A stretch of 64,000 bases of DNA from Candidatus Nomurabacteria bacterium (GCA_943349725.1 CALQZP010000001.1:5401-69400), one strand, 5' to 3'. Positions 17,917 to 28,904 are shown, numbered from the stretch's first letter. The notes: generated by a model not told the origin, from the letters alone. Numbers and translations: made by a program.

Positions 17917-18978
17917 ATGAGTTTCTACTCACGCGGAATTGACTTCGGATCCGTGCTTCAAGCATCGGGTGCAAGAAACTTCCATGGAAAAGGCTACTGG
18001 TATCATTGGCTACTCCATGTCTTCGGTCTTAACTTTCGAGGCTCAACTATCGTAACCCAAACTACCACTTTTGGTCCGCGACCAGGCAACATGCCGCTCA
18101 AAAATGACGGTGTTACTCCTAAAGAGTGGGTCCCGCGTTGCATTATCGTGAATCGACGCAAACAGTGGGTGCTGAATGCGGTCAGTCTAAGTGGCCCGGG
18201 ACTTGAGTTCTGCATTAAGGCTGGTTGGTGGCAGAGGTTTACCGAGCCGTTTTTGATTTCGGTCATGTCCCCACAGCCGACACACGAAGGACGGCAAGCG
18301 GAACTCGAAGCCATATTTCACAGGCTTGCGGTTGCGAAAAGAGATGAACACTTCCATGCCGACTGGGGCATTCAGGTGAACCTCTCCTGCCCGAATGAAG
18401 GAGTGGACCCGAACGACCTTATCGACGCAGTGGTGCCGATGCTTGAGATGGCGGAGAAACTTCTCCCCGACTCGATACCACTTACGCTGAAATTTGGACC
18501 AGAAGCACACCCACGCTCCATGCTCCGCATTGCAAATCACCCTCGCTGTGACGCCATTTGCTTCTGCAACACCCTTCCGTTTGGAAAACAGCCGAAATGG
18601 GCAACGAGGACTCCGCAGGTTGACTGGAAAGCACTCTTTGGCACCGACGACCCGAAAGAATCGCCGATGGCCAAGCGTTTCCCTGGATTTGCAGGAGGTC
18701 TCTCAGGCGCCCCGCTCAAACCATTTCTCATTGAGTGGTTGGAGCAGGTGCGTGGACTCGGAATCCAGAAATCAGTCATCGCCGGAGGAGGACTGCTCTC
18801 CCCGAACGACGCACGGCTCGCCTTTGATGCGGGTGCGGACGCCATTTCACCGGGTTCGATTGCCATGCTTGCACCAACACAGCTTCGGCCGATGATTCGG
18901 GAAGCACACCGCTATGCCGAAAAAAAGAAGCGGAGTCAGTTTACACTTACCTCTCACCTCTTCGCACACACCGCCTGA
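17917..18978 (+). CDS. dihydroorotate dehydrogenase / dihydropyrimidine dehydrogenase family TIM-barrel flavoprotein
   Basis: 353 aa; VNLSCPN and GGLSGAPLKP motifs are characteristic of the DHOD family. Confidence 0.55.
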   Translation: MSFYSRGIDFGSVLQASGARNFHGKGYWYHWLLHVFGLNFRGSTIVTQTTTFGPRPGNMPLKNDGVTPKEWVPRCIIVNRRKQWVLNAVSLSGPGLEFCIKAGWWQRFTEPFLISVMSPQPTHEGRQAELEAIFHRLAVAKRDEHFHADWGIQVNLSCPNEGVDPNDLIDAVVPMLEMAEKLLPDSIPLTLKFGPEAHPRSMLRIANHPRCDAICFCNTLPFGKQPKWATRTPQVDWKALFGTDDPKESPMAKRFPGFAGGLSGAPLKPFLIEWLEQVRGLGIQKSVIAGGGLLSPNDARLAFDAGADAISPGSIAMLAPTQLRPMIREAHRYAEKKKRSQFTLTSHLFAHTA

Positions 18979-19086
18979 TTGCACTCCTTTCAGGACGTTT
19001 TAGCCCCGCTCGACTCATCTGTCGAGTGGGGTTGCTTTTTGCACTTGGAAAGATAGGATGTGAGAAGTTTTGAAAAATAAAAATGT

Positions 19087-20268
19087 ATGAAACTCATCGG
19101 ACCGACCTACCAACCGACACAGCCTGCACACGTAGGTACTCGTCGCGCCTTTACCAAATTCGTGTTCACGCACGGACATGCACGAAATGTGCCATTCGGC
19201 AGTGCCCTTGAAGAACCGATACCCCGAATGAAGCTCGCTGTTGTTACCACTTCGTGGTGGGCACAGTGGGAAAACTGGCAACCCAACACCGACATCCCTG
19301 GACCCATTTGCGTGGCGGAAGATGCACTTTTATATCACGAGTGGCTCAAAGGGTTTACCCCGGGAACGGAGAAAAAGGTACTGCGTCACAACGTGGTGCT
19401 CAAGCTTACTGCACGCACAACCTACGAAATACTGAATCGGGCAAAAAAGTGTGGGTTCTATGTCGTTAAAATTTACCCTGACGGGGTAACTACCAACTCC
19501 GAAGGTGGCTGGAGTTCGCTTACCGAGCTTTACCCCGCCATTCAATCGGCGGTGGAGCTTGGCTTCATCGTTATGTTCCATGGTGAACAGCCTGGGGAGG
19601 ACATTGATACCTACGCACGAGAGATTGTCTTCATGGAAAAGAGCTTTAAACAAGTCGCGAAAGACTTCGCCGGAGCAAACCTAGATGTGCAACATATTTC
19701 GTGTAAGCGAACACTTGAAATGGTGGGGGAAATGCCCGCGAATATAACTGGAGGCCTTACCATTCATCACCTTATCCTTACACGAAATGATGTACTGGAA
19801 TGGAAAAAGGGTAAACGTCGCGGAATGAATCCACACAATCACTGTCGACCTCCCGCACAACAGTTCCACGATCGCGATGCACTTCTCTATGCGGCACTCC
19901 ATGCCGATGAAACTGCATACCGCAAGTTCCACCTTGGACCGGATTCTGCCCCACACCACACACATGACAAGGAATGCGATTGTGGCTGTGCGGGACTGTG
20001 TACGTCCCCGAATGCAGGACCGGTGCTCGTGGAGCTCTATGAGAACAACGATCGGTTGGATCATCCGTCCTTTCATGCGTTTACCATCGGAAACGGCGCA
20101 CGTATATTCAACGTACAGGTTGACCCCTCGCAAACATTCACGCTGGAAAAGGGGCTTTGGGCCGTTCCCGAGAAGTACGGTGGAGTGACACCGTTCTGGG
20201 CGGGACGTGAGCTTCAATGGAAACCAATTGAGCCTATGGCCTTGAACCCGAGTCTGCTCCTGTCTTAA
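19087..20268 (+). CDS. dihydroorotase-like amidohydrolase
   Basis: 393 aa; HGH metal-binding motif near the N-terminus and GPDSAPHHTHDKE (dihydroorotase DSAPH..K signature). Confidence 0.5.
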   Translation: MKLIGPTYQPTQPAHVGTRRAFTKFVFTHGHARNVPFGSALEEPIPRMKLAVVTTSWWAQWENWQPNTDIPGPICVAEDALLYHEWLKGFTPGTEKKVLRHNVVLKLTARTTYEILNRAKKCGFYVVKIYPDGVTTNSEGGWSSLTELYPAIQSAVELGFIVMFHGEQPGEDIDTYAREIVFMEKSFKQVAKDFAGANLDVQHISCKRTLEMVGEMPANITGGLTIHHLILTRNDVLEWKKGKRRGMNPHNHCRPPAQQFHDRDALLYAALHADETAYRKFHLGPDSAPHHTHDKECDCGCAGLCTSPNAGPVLVELYENNDRLDHPSFHAFTIGNGARIFNVQVDPSQTFTLEKGLWAVPEKYGGVTPFWAGRELQWKPIEPMALNPSLLLS

Positions 20269-20353
20269 TCGTCAGGCTCGTCCACACAGAACACCAAGAC
20301 CGACCCCACAAAGGCCGGTCTTTTTTAATGACAGGTCTGACCTGTGATTTCTA

Positions 20354-21070
20354 CTAGAGGGTCAGAATGAGGCGCTCCAGCGCGATTTCAAAATTGTGGA
20401 TGCCTCGATGGGCATCGTGGTACATATGCACAAAAGACGAGGAGAGCTGTTTGAGTTCGTCCTCTTTATAATTTTTGAGAAAACTTTTTGATTTAGAAAA
20501 GGTATATGGCGCAACCCCAGCTTCTCCTGCCGTCTTTGCGGTAGAGGCAACGAGCATTGATTTGAGCTGCCAAAACAAAATCCCATGAATTTCTTCGGGA
20601 ACGGCGCCACCTGCTACCGCTTTTTGAAACAGCACCCACAAACTCTTTTTATCGCGTTTCCCAAACGCGTCTGTGAGCGAAAAGATATCGAAATCGGGCT
20701 TCCCTTTCCCCTCCTTGCTCTCAAACAATTGCACCTTCTCGGCTACATTGGTTATGGAAAGCAGTGCTTTCTTATCCAGCTCCTCCTCAACCATCACAAA
20801 CACATTGGGAGAGGCGCCGACCTCGTCCAGTCTATCCAGAAAGATTTCCTTTGCCTCTTTGTTCTCAAAGAGCGAAACAACCTCAACAATATATGAATTG
20901 TTGAATAGCCCCTGCCCTGCCGATAGTTCCTGAAGCTTCGCTTCGTTAAAATTCTCGGAGTCAATGCGAAACAGCTCCGCATCCGGCTTTTTTTTCAGCA
21001 GACTTTGCACAAGCGCACTCGCCTTCTCGCGCACGCTGTCTTTATCCTTGCCGTAAAAGAGATATAACAT
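20354..21070 (-). CDS. DNA polymerase III delta subunit-like protein
   Basis: 238 aa; MLYLFYGKD start and overall clamp-loader delta-like helical pattern; weak. Confidence 0.4.
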   Translation of the reverse strand: MLYLFYGKDKDSVREKASALVQSLLKKKPDAELFRIDSENFNEAKLQELSAGQGLFNNSYIVEVVSLFENKEAKEIFLDRLDEVGASPNVFVMVEEELDKKALLSITNVAEKVQLFESKEGKGKPDFDIFSLTDAFGKRDKKSLWVLFQKAVAGGAVPEEIHGILFWQLKSMLVASTAKTAGEAGVAPYTFSKSKSFLKNYKEDELKQLSSSFVHMYHDAHRGIHNFEIALERLILTL

Positions 21071-21194
21071 CTAAGAAGTAAGTAGCTAGTAGAAAGTAGT
21101 TAGTAGTATACAAAAAAGACAATAAAAAATCCCAGCCGTTCTACTTTTGGCTGGGATTAATCAGGTTACAGGACTCCGGCATCCGTCACAGTGA

Positions 21195-21716
21195 TCAAAG
21201 TGAACTTCCGTTTACAAAAAAGGGGTATACCGAGAAGTAGAAGAAAACAATATACAACGTCAACCATACCTTACTCAAGCGAGTCCTCGGAGCAGAAAGT
21301 ATGTTGGCGATAATACCAAACAACAACAGAAGTACAAAAGCTATGGTTTGGATGAGATACGAAGGAAAAGACCAACCAACTGTCTCAAGGATCGACCCAA
21401 AAAGTACCTGAACAAAGAAGTCTAAAGGGGGAAATATCAGCAAAATTGATACAGCGATCACCAGCCGATTTAAATACTCAACTACCCGTAGCACATTCGC
21501 CCACGGCGTTGTTTCCTTAGTCAACGCAGGGGAACGATAGAGCCAAGGAAGAACGTACTGTACGTACAGAAAGAGGGTGCCTGTACCTACAAGCAAAGGG
21601 AGAAAGCTGTATATCATAGGCATTAATTCACCATCACGAGCAGAGAGACTGAGCGCGAACAGCATAAAGACTCCAAAGAAAGTCAGTCCCGCATTTACAA
21701 TTTTGCTGTTTTTCAT
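21195..21716 (-). CDS. hypothetical membrane protein
   Basis: 5-6 TM helices; the longer ORF to 21791 would overlap the polA 3' end, so the start at the internal Met MKNSKIV is preferred. Confidence 0.4.
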   Translation of the reverse strand: MKNSKIVNAGLTFFGVFMLFALSLSARDGELMPMIYSFLPLLVGTGTLFLYVQYVLPWLYRSPALTKETTPWANVLRVVEYLNRLVIAVSILLIFPPLDFFVQVLFGSILETVGWSFPSYLIQTIAFVLLLLFGIIANILSAPRTRLSKVWLTLYIVFFYFSVYPFFVNGSSL

Positions 21717-21735
21717 AGTTATATAACTATAGCAT

Positions 21736-24294
21736 CTATCGCATCTTCTCCATCTCCCCCCAATTATCCCCGATAGAGGCTTCGGCAACAATGGGGACGC
21801 CGTGCGTAACCTTCGGGTCCAAAACCCGCTCCATAATTTGTTTTATATCCATCGCCACTTTCTCCGCGAGTTCTTCTTTCACTTCGTAGACCAGTTCATC
21901 GTGCACTTGGAGAATAAGTGACGCATCTCCTTCCAGCTTTTCGGCTTTGAGATACTCGTCCACCTTTACCATCGCGAGCTTTACAATGTCCGCGCCGGTG
22001 CCTTGCATGGGGGCATTGGCGGCCTGGCGCTCCGCGGAAGAACGAATGTAGGGGATGTTGGAGTGGATAGCTTCATGGTAGCGCCTGCGACCAAACAGTG
22101 TTTCGGTAAAGCCTTGTGTATGTGCGACTCTCTTGGTTTCCTCTAGATAACCAGCAAGTTCATAAAACCGAGAGAAGTATTCGTCAAAAAACATCTGCGC
22201 GTCTTCGCGCGAAATGGGTAGCCCGCCTTCCCCGAGTGCTTGGCGGAGCGAATTGACCCCCATTCCGTACAGAATACCGAAGTTAATCACCTTGGCCTGA
22301 CGACGCATTTCCTTGGTCACCTTATCGCGTGACACGTTAAAGACTTCAGCGGCTACAGAGGTGTGGACGTCCTCACCGTTCTTAAAAATCTCAACAAACT
22401 TTTTATCACCCGAAAGTATTGCCGCGATACGAAGTTCAATTTGCGAATAGTCTATGGATATGAGTTTGTTCCCTGTCTCCGCGCAAAAGGCGTTTCTGAT
22501 ACGTCGCCCGAGCTCGGTCTGAATGGGGATATTTTGCAAATTCGGATTCTGGGAAGCCATTCGTCCCGTCGTGCTCCCTGCCGAAAGAAACTTGGCATGG
22601 AGTCTCCCGTCCGAGCTCACCATCGCCGGAATGTTATCAATGTAGGTTGAAAGTAGTTTCTGAAACTCGCGATACTCTAAAATCTTGCCGATAATCGGGT
22701 GAAGCTCCCGCATCTTTTCAAGCTCGCTCTCTTTAGTGGAAAGCGCGCCTCCCGCCGTCTTCTTTTGTCGCAAGGCTTTGAGCCCCATTTTTACAAACAG
22801 GACTTCACCGAGCTGTTTCGGAGAATTGATGTTAAACGTTACCCCCGCCATCTTCACGATATCCTTTTCGCGCGAGGATAACTCTTTGTGATATTCCTTT
22901 GAGAGACCCTGAAGATACGCCACATCCACATGCACACCTCGCTCGTTCATACGGTCAACGACAGGAATGAGTGGCCGTTCAATCTCTTCAAAGACTCGCG
23001 AAAGTTTCCGCACCTTGAGCTCGTCAAATACCGCTTCGCGAGCCTTATTCCACTCTTTTGTCTGCGCAAACCCGTAAATATCATCAAGTTTGGGGTTGGT
23101 AATGGCGGAATTGATAAGCCAGAGCGCCACGCTTGCTTCCTTAAGCTCCTGTGGAGGAATACCCGACGTCGCAAGAACATCCGTAAGCGAAGCCTGCGAC
23201 GGCCCCTCTTGTGTCTTTCGCGGAGTTGTCTTTTTCTTCTCCTCCCCTCCTGCCTGAAGATTGAGAGGGCTTTCTTCATCATTCTTACTTCTGTATTCTG
23301 TATTCTGTATTCTTTGCACCGCTTCCTCAAGTCTCGGCAAGAGCTGTCTAAACTCAAGCTGTGTAAACAGTGCTTCTGCTTTCGGTAGGTCAACGCTTTC
23401 GCACCAGAGCTTTTCCGGTAGCGAGAAATCTATCGGCACGTCACGACGAATGGTTCCCAAAAGTTTACTAAACTCGGCCTCTTCCTTTCCCTTCTCCAAA
23501 AGTTCAATTGTCCGAGGCTTTACCGAAGTTCTGAGTTTTGAGTTTTTAGTTTTAAGTTGTTTGTAAATATTCTCAACACTCCCAAAGTTCACGATAAGGT
23601 CGGTCGCGGTTTTGTCGCCAATACCGGCCACCCCTTTGATATTGTCGGATGGGTCCCCTTTGAGCCCTTTAAAATCCGGCAAAAGCTCCGGTCCAAATCC
23701 AAACCGTGCCTTCACGGCTTCCTCGTCGTACAAAATCGTATCGTTAATACCCTTTTTGAGCGTAAAGACCTGCACCTTTTTGTCGGTCACGAGTTGAAGC
23801 GCGTCCATATCACCGGTTGCGATGACAATATCAATGGCTTCACTTTTTACTTTCAACTTTTTACTTTCAACTTGGGCAACGATAGTGCCCAGCACATCGT
23901 CAGCCTCAAAACCTTCTTTGTCGTAAATGGGAATATTAAACGCATCAAAAATTTCTCGCGAACGTATCATCTGGGCGACAAGCGCCTCGTCCGCCTTGGC
24001 GCGCCCCTCCTTGTAGGCCTTATAGGCTTCATGCCTGAAGGTGGGCTTCGGAAGGTCATACGCAGCAACAATATAGTCGGGGTGAAAGATTGTGATGATT
24101 TTGAGAATCATCGTGGAGAGCCCGTAAAGACCGCCCGTAGGCTCGCCTCGCGAGCTCGTAAACTGCGGAAGAGCATGATACGCGCGGTGCAAGACCGCGT
24201 GCGCATCAATAAGCACGAGGAGCTTTGGTTCTTCCAGCTTCCCCTTTTTGGGTTTAGAAGGGGTGTTTTCGCCGATTTTCGGAGCCTTTGGCAT
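21736..24294 (-). CDS. polA: DNA polymerase I
   Basis: 852 aa; 5'-3' exonuclease N-terminus and Klenow-like polymerase domain with KLISIDYSQIELRI and VHDELVYEV motifs. Confidence 0.9.
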   Translation of the reverse strand: MPKAPKIGENTPSKPKKGKLEEPKLLVLIDAHAVLHRAYHALPQFTSSRGEPTGGLYGLSTMILKIITIFHPDYIVAAYDLPKPTFRHEAYKAYKEGRAKADEALVAQMIRSREIFDAFNIPIYDKEGFEADDVLGTIVAQVESKKLKVKSEAIDIVIATGDMDALQLVTDKKVQVFTLKKGINDTILYDEEAVKARFGFGPELLPDFKGLKGDPSDNIKGVAGIGDKTATDLIVNFGSVENIYKQLKTKNSKLRTSVKPRTIELLEKGKEEAEFSKLLGTIRRDVPIDFSLPEKLWCESVDLPKAEALFTQLEFRQLLPRLEEAVQRIQNTEYRSKNDEESPLNLQAGGEEKKKTTPRKTQEGPSQASLTDVLATSGIPPQELKEASVALWLINSAITNPKLDDIYGFAQTKEWNKAREAVFDELKVRKLSRVFEEIERPLIPVVDRMNERGVHVDVAYLQGLSKEYHKELSSREKDIVKMAGVTFNINSPKQLGEVLFVKMGLKALRQKKTAGGALSTKESELEKMRELHPIIGKILEYREFQKLLSTYIDNIPAMVSSDGRLHAKFLSAGSTTGRMASQNPNLQNIPIQTELGRRIRNAFCAETGNKLISIDYSQIELRIAAILSGDKKFVEIFKNGEDVHTSVAAEVFNVSRDKVTKEMRRQAKVINFGILYGMGVNSLRQALGEGGLPISREDAQMFFDEYFSRFYELAGYLEETKRVAHTQGFTETLFGRRRYHEAIHSNIPYIRSSAERQAANAPMQGTGADIVKLAMVKVDEYLKAEKLEGDASLILQVHDELVYEVKEELAEKVAMDIKQIMERVLDPKVTHGVPIVAEASIGDNWGEMEKMR

Positions 24295-24311
24295 AGGAGA
24301 ATTGTAGCACT

Positions 24312-24743
24312 TTATAGGCGTATCTGGCGGGTAGTGTCGTCTATGAATTCAAAATAAAGCTTTTGGTGGTCTTGGGGCAAGAGGTCGGCCACCTTATCCG
24401 CCCATTCAATGAGAATGAGGTTCTGGGGGTCGGCGAGAAGCTCGTCAAAGCGGAGTTTGCGAAGCTCATCCGAGCTTTTGAGTCTGTACGCATCAATATG
24501 AATAAGAAGACGGTAGAGAGTAGAAGGTAGAGGGTAGGATTTCATAATCAGAAACGTGGGGCTGTTTACTGTTTCAGAGATGCCGAGCGCTTTGGCGACC
24601 GCCTGCGTGAAGGTAGTCTTCCCCGCCCCAAGGTCGCCGTACAGCCCGACAACCGTCGCCCGAGTAGGGAGTGGCGCAAGGCTACTGGCGTAATCTGTAG
24701 CCATTTTTGTGAACTCACCTAACGTATAGAGGTTTGATTGCAT
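24312..24743 (-). CDS. tsaE: tRNA threonylcarbamoyladenosine biosynthesis protein TsaE
   Basis: 143 aa; P-loop GDLGAGKTTF and the conserved TsaE/YjeE core. Confidence 0.8.
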   Translation of the reverse strand: MQSNLYTLGEFTKMATDYASSLAPLPTRATVVGLYGDLGAGKTTFTQAVAKALGISETVNSPTFLIMKSYPLPSTLYRLLIHIDAYRLKSSDELRKLRFDELLADPQNLILIEWADKVADLLPQDHQKLYFEFIDDTTRQIRL

Positions 24744-24858
24744 AAAAAGAGCATAGCACGCCTTGAATAGTGAAGTAAGAATAATGAATTAAGGTGATAT
24801 CTTCCCTTACCATACTTCCTAATTCATACTTCATAATTCACTCCAATATTGTGCTACA

Positions 24859-26571
24859 ATGATCCGTAATTCTATATTCCACATTCATTATTCTATTTTT
24901 ATGGTTACTTTTGATGATGAAAAAGAAGAACGAGAGCTGGATGAGGTGCGCCTTACGGAGGAAGAGGACCTTATCAAGTTTCTTGCCGATAAACACGGCC
25001 TCCCGTATATAGACCTCCTCACGTTTTCCGTAGAAAATGACGCCCTCCGCCTGCTACCCGAAGCCGAAGCACGAGCAGGCAAACTCGCCGTATTTTCCCT
25101 CAATGGGAAAAAAGTAAGTGTTGCCATCTTTACGCCAAACACCCCTGAAGTGCAGACCGCTCTCAAAAAAATTGAAACTGCGGGGTATCACACCGAGGTA
25201 TATATGGCTACAACCAAAAGCCTTGAGAAGGCGTGGCTACATTACCAAGAAATATCTCACGCAACACTAAGTCACGCGGGAACCGTTGATATGAGTGTGG
25301 AGGGGGTAAAGGAGGCGGCGACCAACATTAAGCACCTACCAGACGTTATTCCCCAGATAGAGGCGGTGGTCACCTCCAAGGAGCAAAATCGTATTTCCCG
25401 CCTGATAGAGGTCATTATGGGCGCGGCCATCGCGCTTGATGCGTCCGACATTCACATTGAGCCAGAAGAAACGTACATACAACTTAGATTCCGTCTTGAT
25501 GGTATTTTGCAGGAGGTCGTTAAGCTTGACCACGCGACATACAAGCTCCTCAATTCACGTATCAAGCTCCTCTCCGGCCTCAAGCTCAACGTCAAAGCAG
25601 AGGCGCAGGACGGGCGCTTCAGCGTAGACTTGGGTGAGAGCGCGATTGAAATACGTACCTCCCTCCTCCCCGGTGCCTATGGCGAATCCATCGTTATGCG
25701 TCTTCTTGACCCGAAATCAATTTCGGTTCCGCTTGAATCCTTAGGTATGCACCCGATTCTTCTTGGCGTCGTAGAACATGAAATAGCAAAACCAAACGGT
25801 ATGCTCCTCACCACTGGCCCTACCGGTTCCGGAAAAACGACCACACTCTACGCCTTCCTAAGGAAAATCCACACTCCAGGGGTAAAAATCATTACCATTG
25901 AAGACCCTATTGAGTATCATCTGCAGGGCATCGTACAAACCCAAGTTGAAGTGGCCAAGCATTACACTTTTGCTTCAGGTCTTCGTTCAGCTCTTCGGCA
26001 GGACCCCGACGTTATGATGGTGGGTGAAATCCGAGATGAGGAAACCGCCGAAATCGCCATCAACGCGTCACTTACAGGACACTTGGTGTTCTCCACGCTC
26101 CATACCAACAACGCCGCAGGTACCTTTCCACGCCTCATTGACCTTGGGGTAAATCCAAAGACGATAACCTCCGCCATTAGTCTTGCGATGGCCCAGCGAT
26201 TGGTACGAAAACTGTGCCCTGTGTGCAAGAAAGAGGTGCCTCTTGATGAGGCGACTATGGCGAGATTTACCAAAATGCTCGCCGGTCTTCCTGAAACCGC
26301 GAATCCAGAAAATAAAACAAAGATGTGGACGGCGGTTGGGTGCGATAAATGCAACAATACTGGCTACAAAGGGCGCACAGGTGTCTATGAGGCAATCAAA
26401 GCAGATGCTTCTATTGAGAAGATAGTACTTGAGAACCCGAGCGAGCGTGAAATTGCCGAGGTTGCTCGACCACAAGGCATTCCCACGATGGGACAAGACG
26501 GAATTTTGAAGATTTTGTCCGGAATGACCTCGCTGGAGGAGCTGGAGAGAGTGGTAAACCTAGAATCCTAA
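24859..26571 (+). CDS. type IV pilus assembly / type II secretion ATPase (PilB/GspE family)
   Basis: 570 aa; Walker A TTGPTGSGKTTTL, Asp and His boxes, C-terminal Cys-tetrad zinc motif. Confidence 0.85.
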   Translation: MIRNSIFHIHYSIFMVTFDDEKEERELDEVRLTEEEDLIKFLADKHGLPYIDLLTFSVENDALRLLPEAEARAGKLAVFSLNGKKVSVAIFTPNTPEVQTALKKIETAGYHTEVYMATTKSLEKAWLHYQEISHATLSHAGTVDMSVEGVKEAATNIKHLPDVIPQIEAVVTSKEQNRISRLIEVIMGAAIALDASDIHIEPEETYIQLRFRLDGILQEVVKLDHATYKLLNSRIKLLSGLKLNVKAEAQDGRFSVDLGESAIEIRTSLLPGAYGESIVMRLLDPKSISVPLESLGMHPILLGVVEHEIAKPNGMLLTTGPTGSGKTTTLYAFLRKIHTPGVKIITIEDPIEYHLQGIVQTQVEVAKHYTFASGLRSALRQDPDVMMVGEIRDEETAEIAINASLTGHLVFSTLHTNNAAGTFPRLIDLGVNPKTITSAISLAMAQRLVRKLCPVCKKEVPLDEATMARFTKMLAGLPETANPENKTKMWTAVGCDKCNNTGYKGRTGVYEAIKADASIEKIVLENPSEREIAEVARPQGIPTMGQDGILKILSGMTSLEELERVVNLES

Positions 26572-27442
26572 AATCCAATACCCAAACACCAAATCCCAAA
26601 CAACACCCAAAGCCCGAAATCTTCAAACAAAGATTTCTTTCTAGAGATTTTGAGTTTGGAATTTGTGATTTGTTTGGTTTTTGGAGATTGTGATCTGAAA
26701 TTTTCAGCTTGCGAGTGTCTTGACCACAAGCTGATTGAATGACCCGCTACTTTTTTCCGGTTGCATACAAAAAAAGCCCGTGTACTATGGACTTAGTCTT
26801 CTTTTTTAATTCGTGTGAACGACATCGGTAGTGTCGCAGTCCGCATGAGGCGGATGTCATCGTTCTAGAGAGGAATCTCTAAGCAATCAAACTTCTAATA
26901 CGTGTACTAAAAGTGAACATAGGACCTAAGGAGTGTTGCAGAGGGGTAAGCCGAAGCAAACTTCCAGAACGTCCTCGGTAAGATGTTGGAACCCGCCGAA
27001 ACGGGCTGATCGCTTAGAGATTTCTACCTAGAACCAATTTTTTTCGCTGTGTGGAACGCCATAAGGATAGTTTTCTCACGGAAAATCCTTACACCCTGCA
27101 GTTGGGCAACAAAAAAATCCCTCGTCGGAATCTTTTTAGCGTACATTTATCAAAAAACCGTCTACAGGATTTTCTTTCTCTCTCCCCTGTGTGCAAACAG
27201 TCTAGCACACAAACAATTCTCTGTCAACCAACTTTCTTACGTTGTCCCCGCGTAGGCGGGGAACCAGAAAGACGGCTCTGTATAAGACTATAATCACTTT
27301 TCTGTCGTGATGTACATTCCTGCAAGTTAGCCCCAGCACTTGGCCTTTAAACTGATTACATTTTGGCGATAATGAGAAAAAGTAGTTACACCTTACAAAG
27401 AAAAATATGTCGTGTGGCCAAGTAACGGGGTAAACCGTACAA

Positions 27443-28489
27443 TTGAGGTCTATGAGTCCACAAGCTTCTCAAAAAGATCCTTCTGCTCCGGCTGTTCCCG
27501 AAGGAAATGACCTCTTTCTTGACCAAGCACTCCGCCCGTCGGTGTGGGACGACTATATCGGGCAAGAAAATATCAAAGAGAACCTGCGAATTCTCCTTAC
27601 CGCGGCAAAAGAACGTTCACATGCGCCCGAACACCTCCTCTTCTATGGTCCTCCGGGACTTGGTAAGACCACACTCGCCCATCTCATCGCGAAAGAGATG
27701 AACGCGCAGATAAAAATTACGTCGGGACCCGCCATCGAGCGCGTGGGTGACCTCGCCTCCATCCTCACCAACCTCTCACCTGGCGATATTCTTTTTATAG
27801 ACGAGATACATCGCCTCTCAAAACAAATTGAAGAGATACTCTACCCCGCGATGGAGTCGGGGAGGCTCGACATCATTATCGGCAAGGGGCCGAGCGCGCG
27901 CACCGTGCAACTTGAGATACCGCCCTTCACGCTTATCGCCGCGACCACTCGTATCGCGATGCTCTCTTCCCCACTTCGTTCCCGTTTCAGTGGAGGAACG
28001 TTCCGCTTGGAGTACTACACACAAGATGAGATTGAAAAAATCCTTTCTCGCTCCGCAAAAATCCTCGGCATAGAATCCAAAGATGGTTCACTCAAAGAAA
28101 TTGCGATGCGCAGTCGCTCTACACCGAGAACCGCCAATTATCTACTGAAGCGCTCGCGCGACTTCGCCCAGGTGGGTAAACGTCCCCTCTCAAAAGAGTC
28201 CGTAAAGGAGGCACTGAAGCTCCTCGGTGTTGATGAGCTCGGTCTCCACCCTTCCGACCGCTCGCTTCTTACCGTCCTCATTGAAAAATTCGGTGGAGGG
28301 CCGGTGGGGCTTAGCACCCTCGGCGCTGCGCTCTCCGAGGAGATGGCCACTATCGAAGACGTGCACGAACCCTACCTCATTCAGCTCGGCCTCCTTGAAC
28401 GCACCCCTCGTGGCCGCACTGCAACCCCACGGGCTTACGAGCACCTCAAAACCAAAGGAAAATTAGCGCCGCAAGAAAAACTTTTGTAA
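27443..28489 (+). CDS. ruvB: Holliday junction DNA helicase RuvB
   Basis: 348 aa; AAA+ motifs [24 protein letters not shown] and the winged-helix C-terminus. Confidence 0.9.
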   Translation: MRSMSPQASQKDPSAPAVPEGNDLFLDQALRPSVWDDYIGQENIKENLRILLTAAKERSHAPEHLLFYGPPGLGKTTLAHLIAKEMNAQIKITSGPAIERVGDLASILTNLSPGDILFIDEIHRLSKQIEEILYPAMESGRLDIIIGKGPSARTVQLEIPPFTLIAATTRIAMLSSPLRSRFSGGTFRLEYYTQDEIEKILSRSAKILGIESKDGSLKEIAMRSRSTPRTANYLLKRSRDFAQVGKRPLSKESVKEALKLLGVDELGLHPSDRSLLTVLIEKFGGGPVGLSTLGAALSEEMATIEDVHEPYLIQLGLLERTPRGRTATPRAYEHLKTKGKLAPQEKLL

Positions 28490-28693
28490 TTACTTAAAAT
28501 CTTCATCTCGAAGATTCGCTTGCCGAAGGATTGATTTGAATGTGCCGATAGGCACCTCCTTTCTGTTTGCAGGAACAATCACCACATACCCGTCTTTTTC
28601 GAATTTAGCATGACTGCCTTTTTGAGAAATAAAAGTAAAACCGCATCGCAAGAGAACGCACTCAATATGACGTGAGGAGTAAAATTTAGGCAT
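28490..28693 (-). CDS. HicA-family mRNA interferase toxin
   Basis: 67 aa; RCGFTFISQKGSHAKF...IGTFKSILRQANL matches the HicA/YcfA fold. Confidence 0.7.
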   Translation of the reverse strand: MPKFYSSRHIECVLLRCGFTFISQKGSHAKFEKDGYVVIVPANRKEVPIGTFKSILRQANLRDEDFK

Positions 28694-28904
28694 ACCGCAA
28701 AGAAGTTGACACCAACTCCGGTCGAAGCACCTCGGTCACTTTTGGTTTCCGGGAGGATTCGAAGTAAAGTTCAAGAGCCTCGGCTAGATTTTTAAGAGCC
28801 AATTTTTTGCTTTCTCCAAAACTGGAAACATCCACGTTGAGGCATTGAGCTACGTAGTATTTCCCCTCTTTCCAAACTATATTTTTAAGATTTAAAGTTT
28901 TCAT
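28686..28904 (-). CDS. HicB-like antitoxin (N-terminal RNase H-like domain only)
   Basis: MKTLNLKNIVWKEGKYYVAQCLNVDVSSFGESKKLALKNLAEALELYF is the HicB_like motif; 8 nt overlap with hicA. Confidence 0.6.
   Translation of the reverse strand: MKTLNLKNIVWKEGKYYVAQCLNVDVSSFGESKKLALKNLAEALELYFESSRKPKVTEVLRPELVSTSLRYA

Noticed and set aside
22363-23566. Several 95-150 aa ORFs on both strands inside polA
   Set aside because: They are embedded in a strongly supported 852 aa polA reading frame and are spurious.
26700-27440. RNase P RNA or tmRNA in the pilB-ruvB gap
   Set aside because: I looked for the GGAAAGUCCGGGC and ACAGAACCCGGCUUA P4 strands and for a tRNA-like TTCGAATCC 3' end. Only a loose partial match to the 3' P4 strand was found, which is not enough to call it. 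It is left as a finding to be scanned with Rfam.
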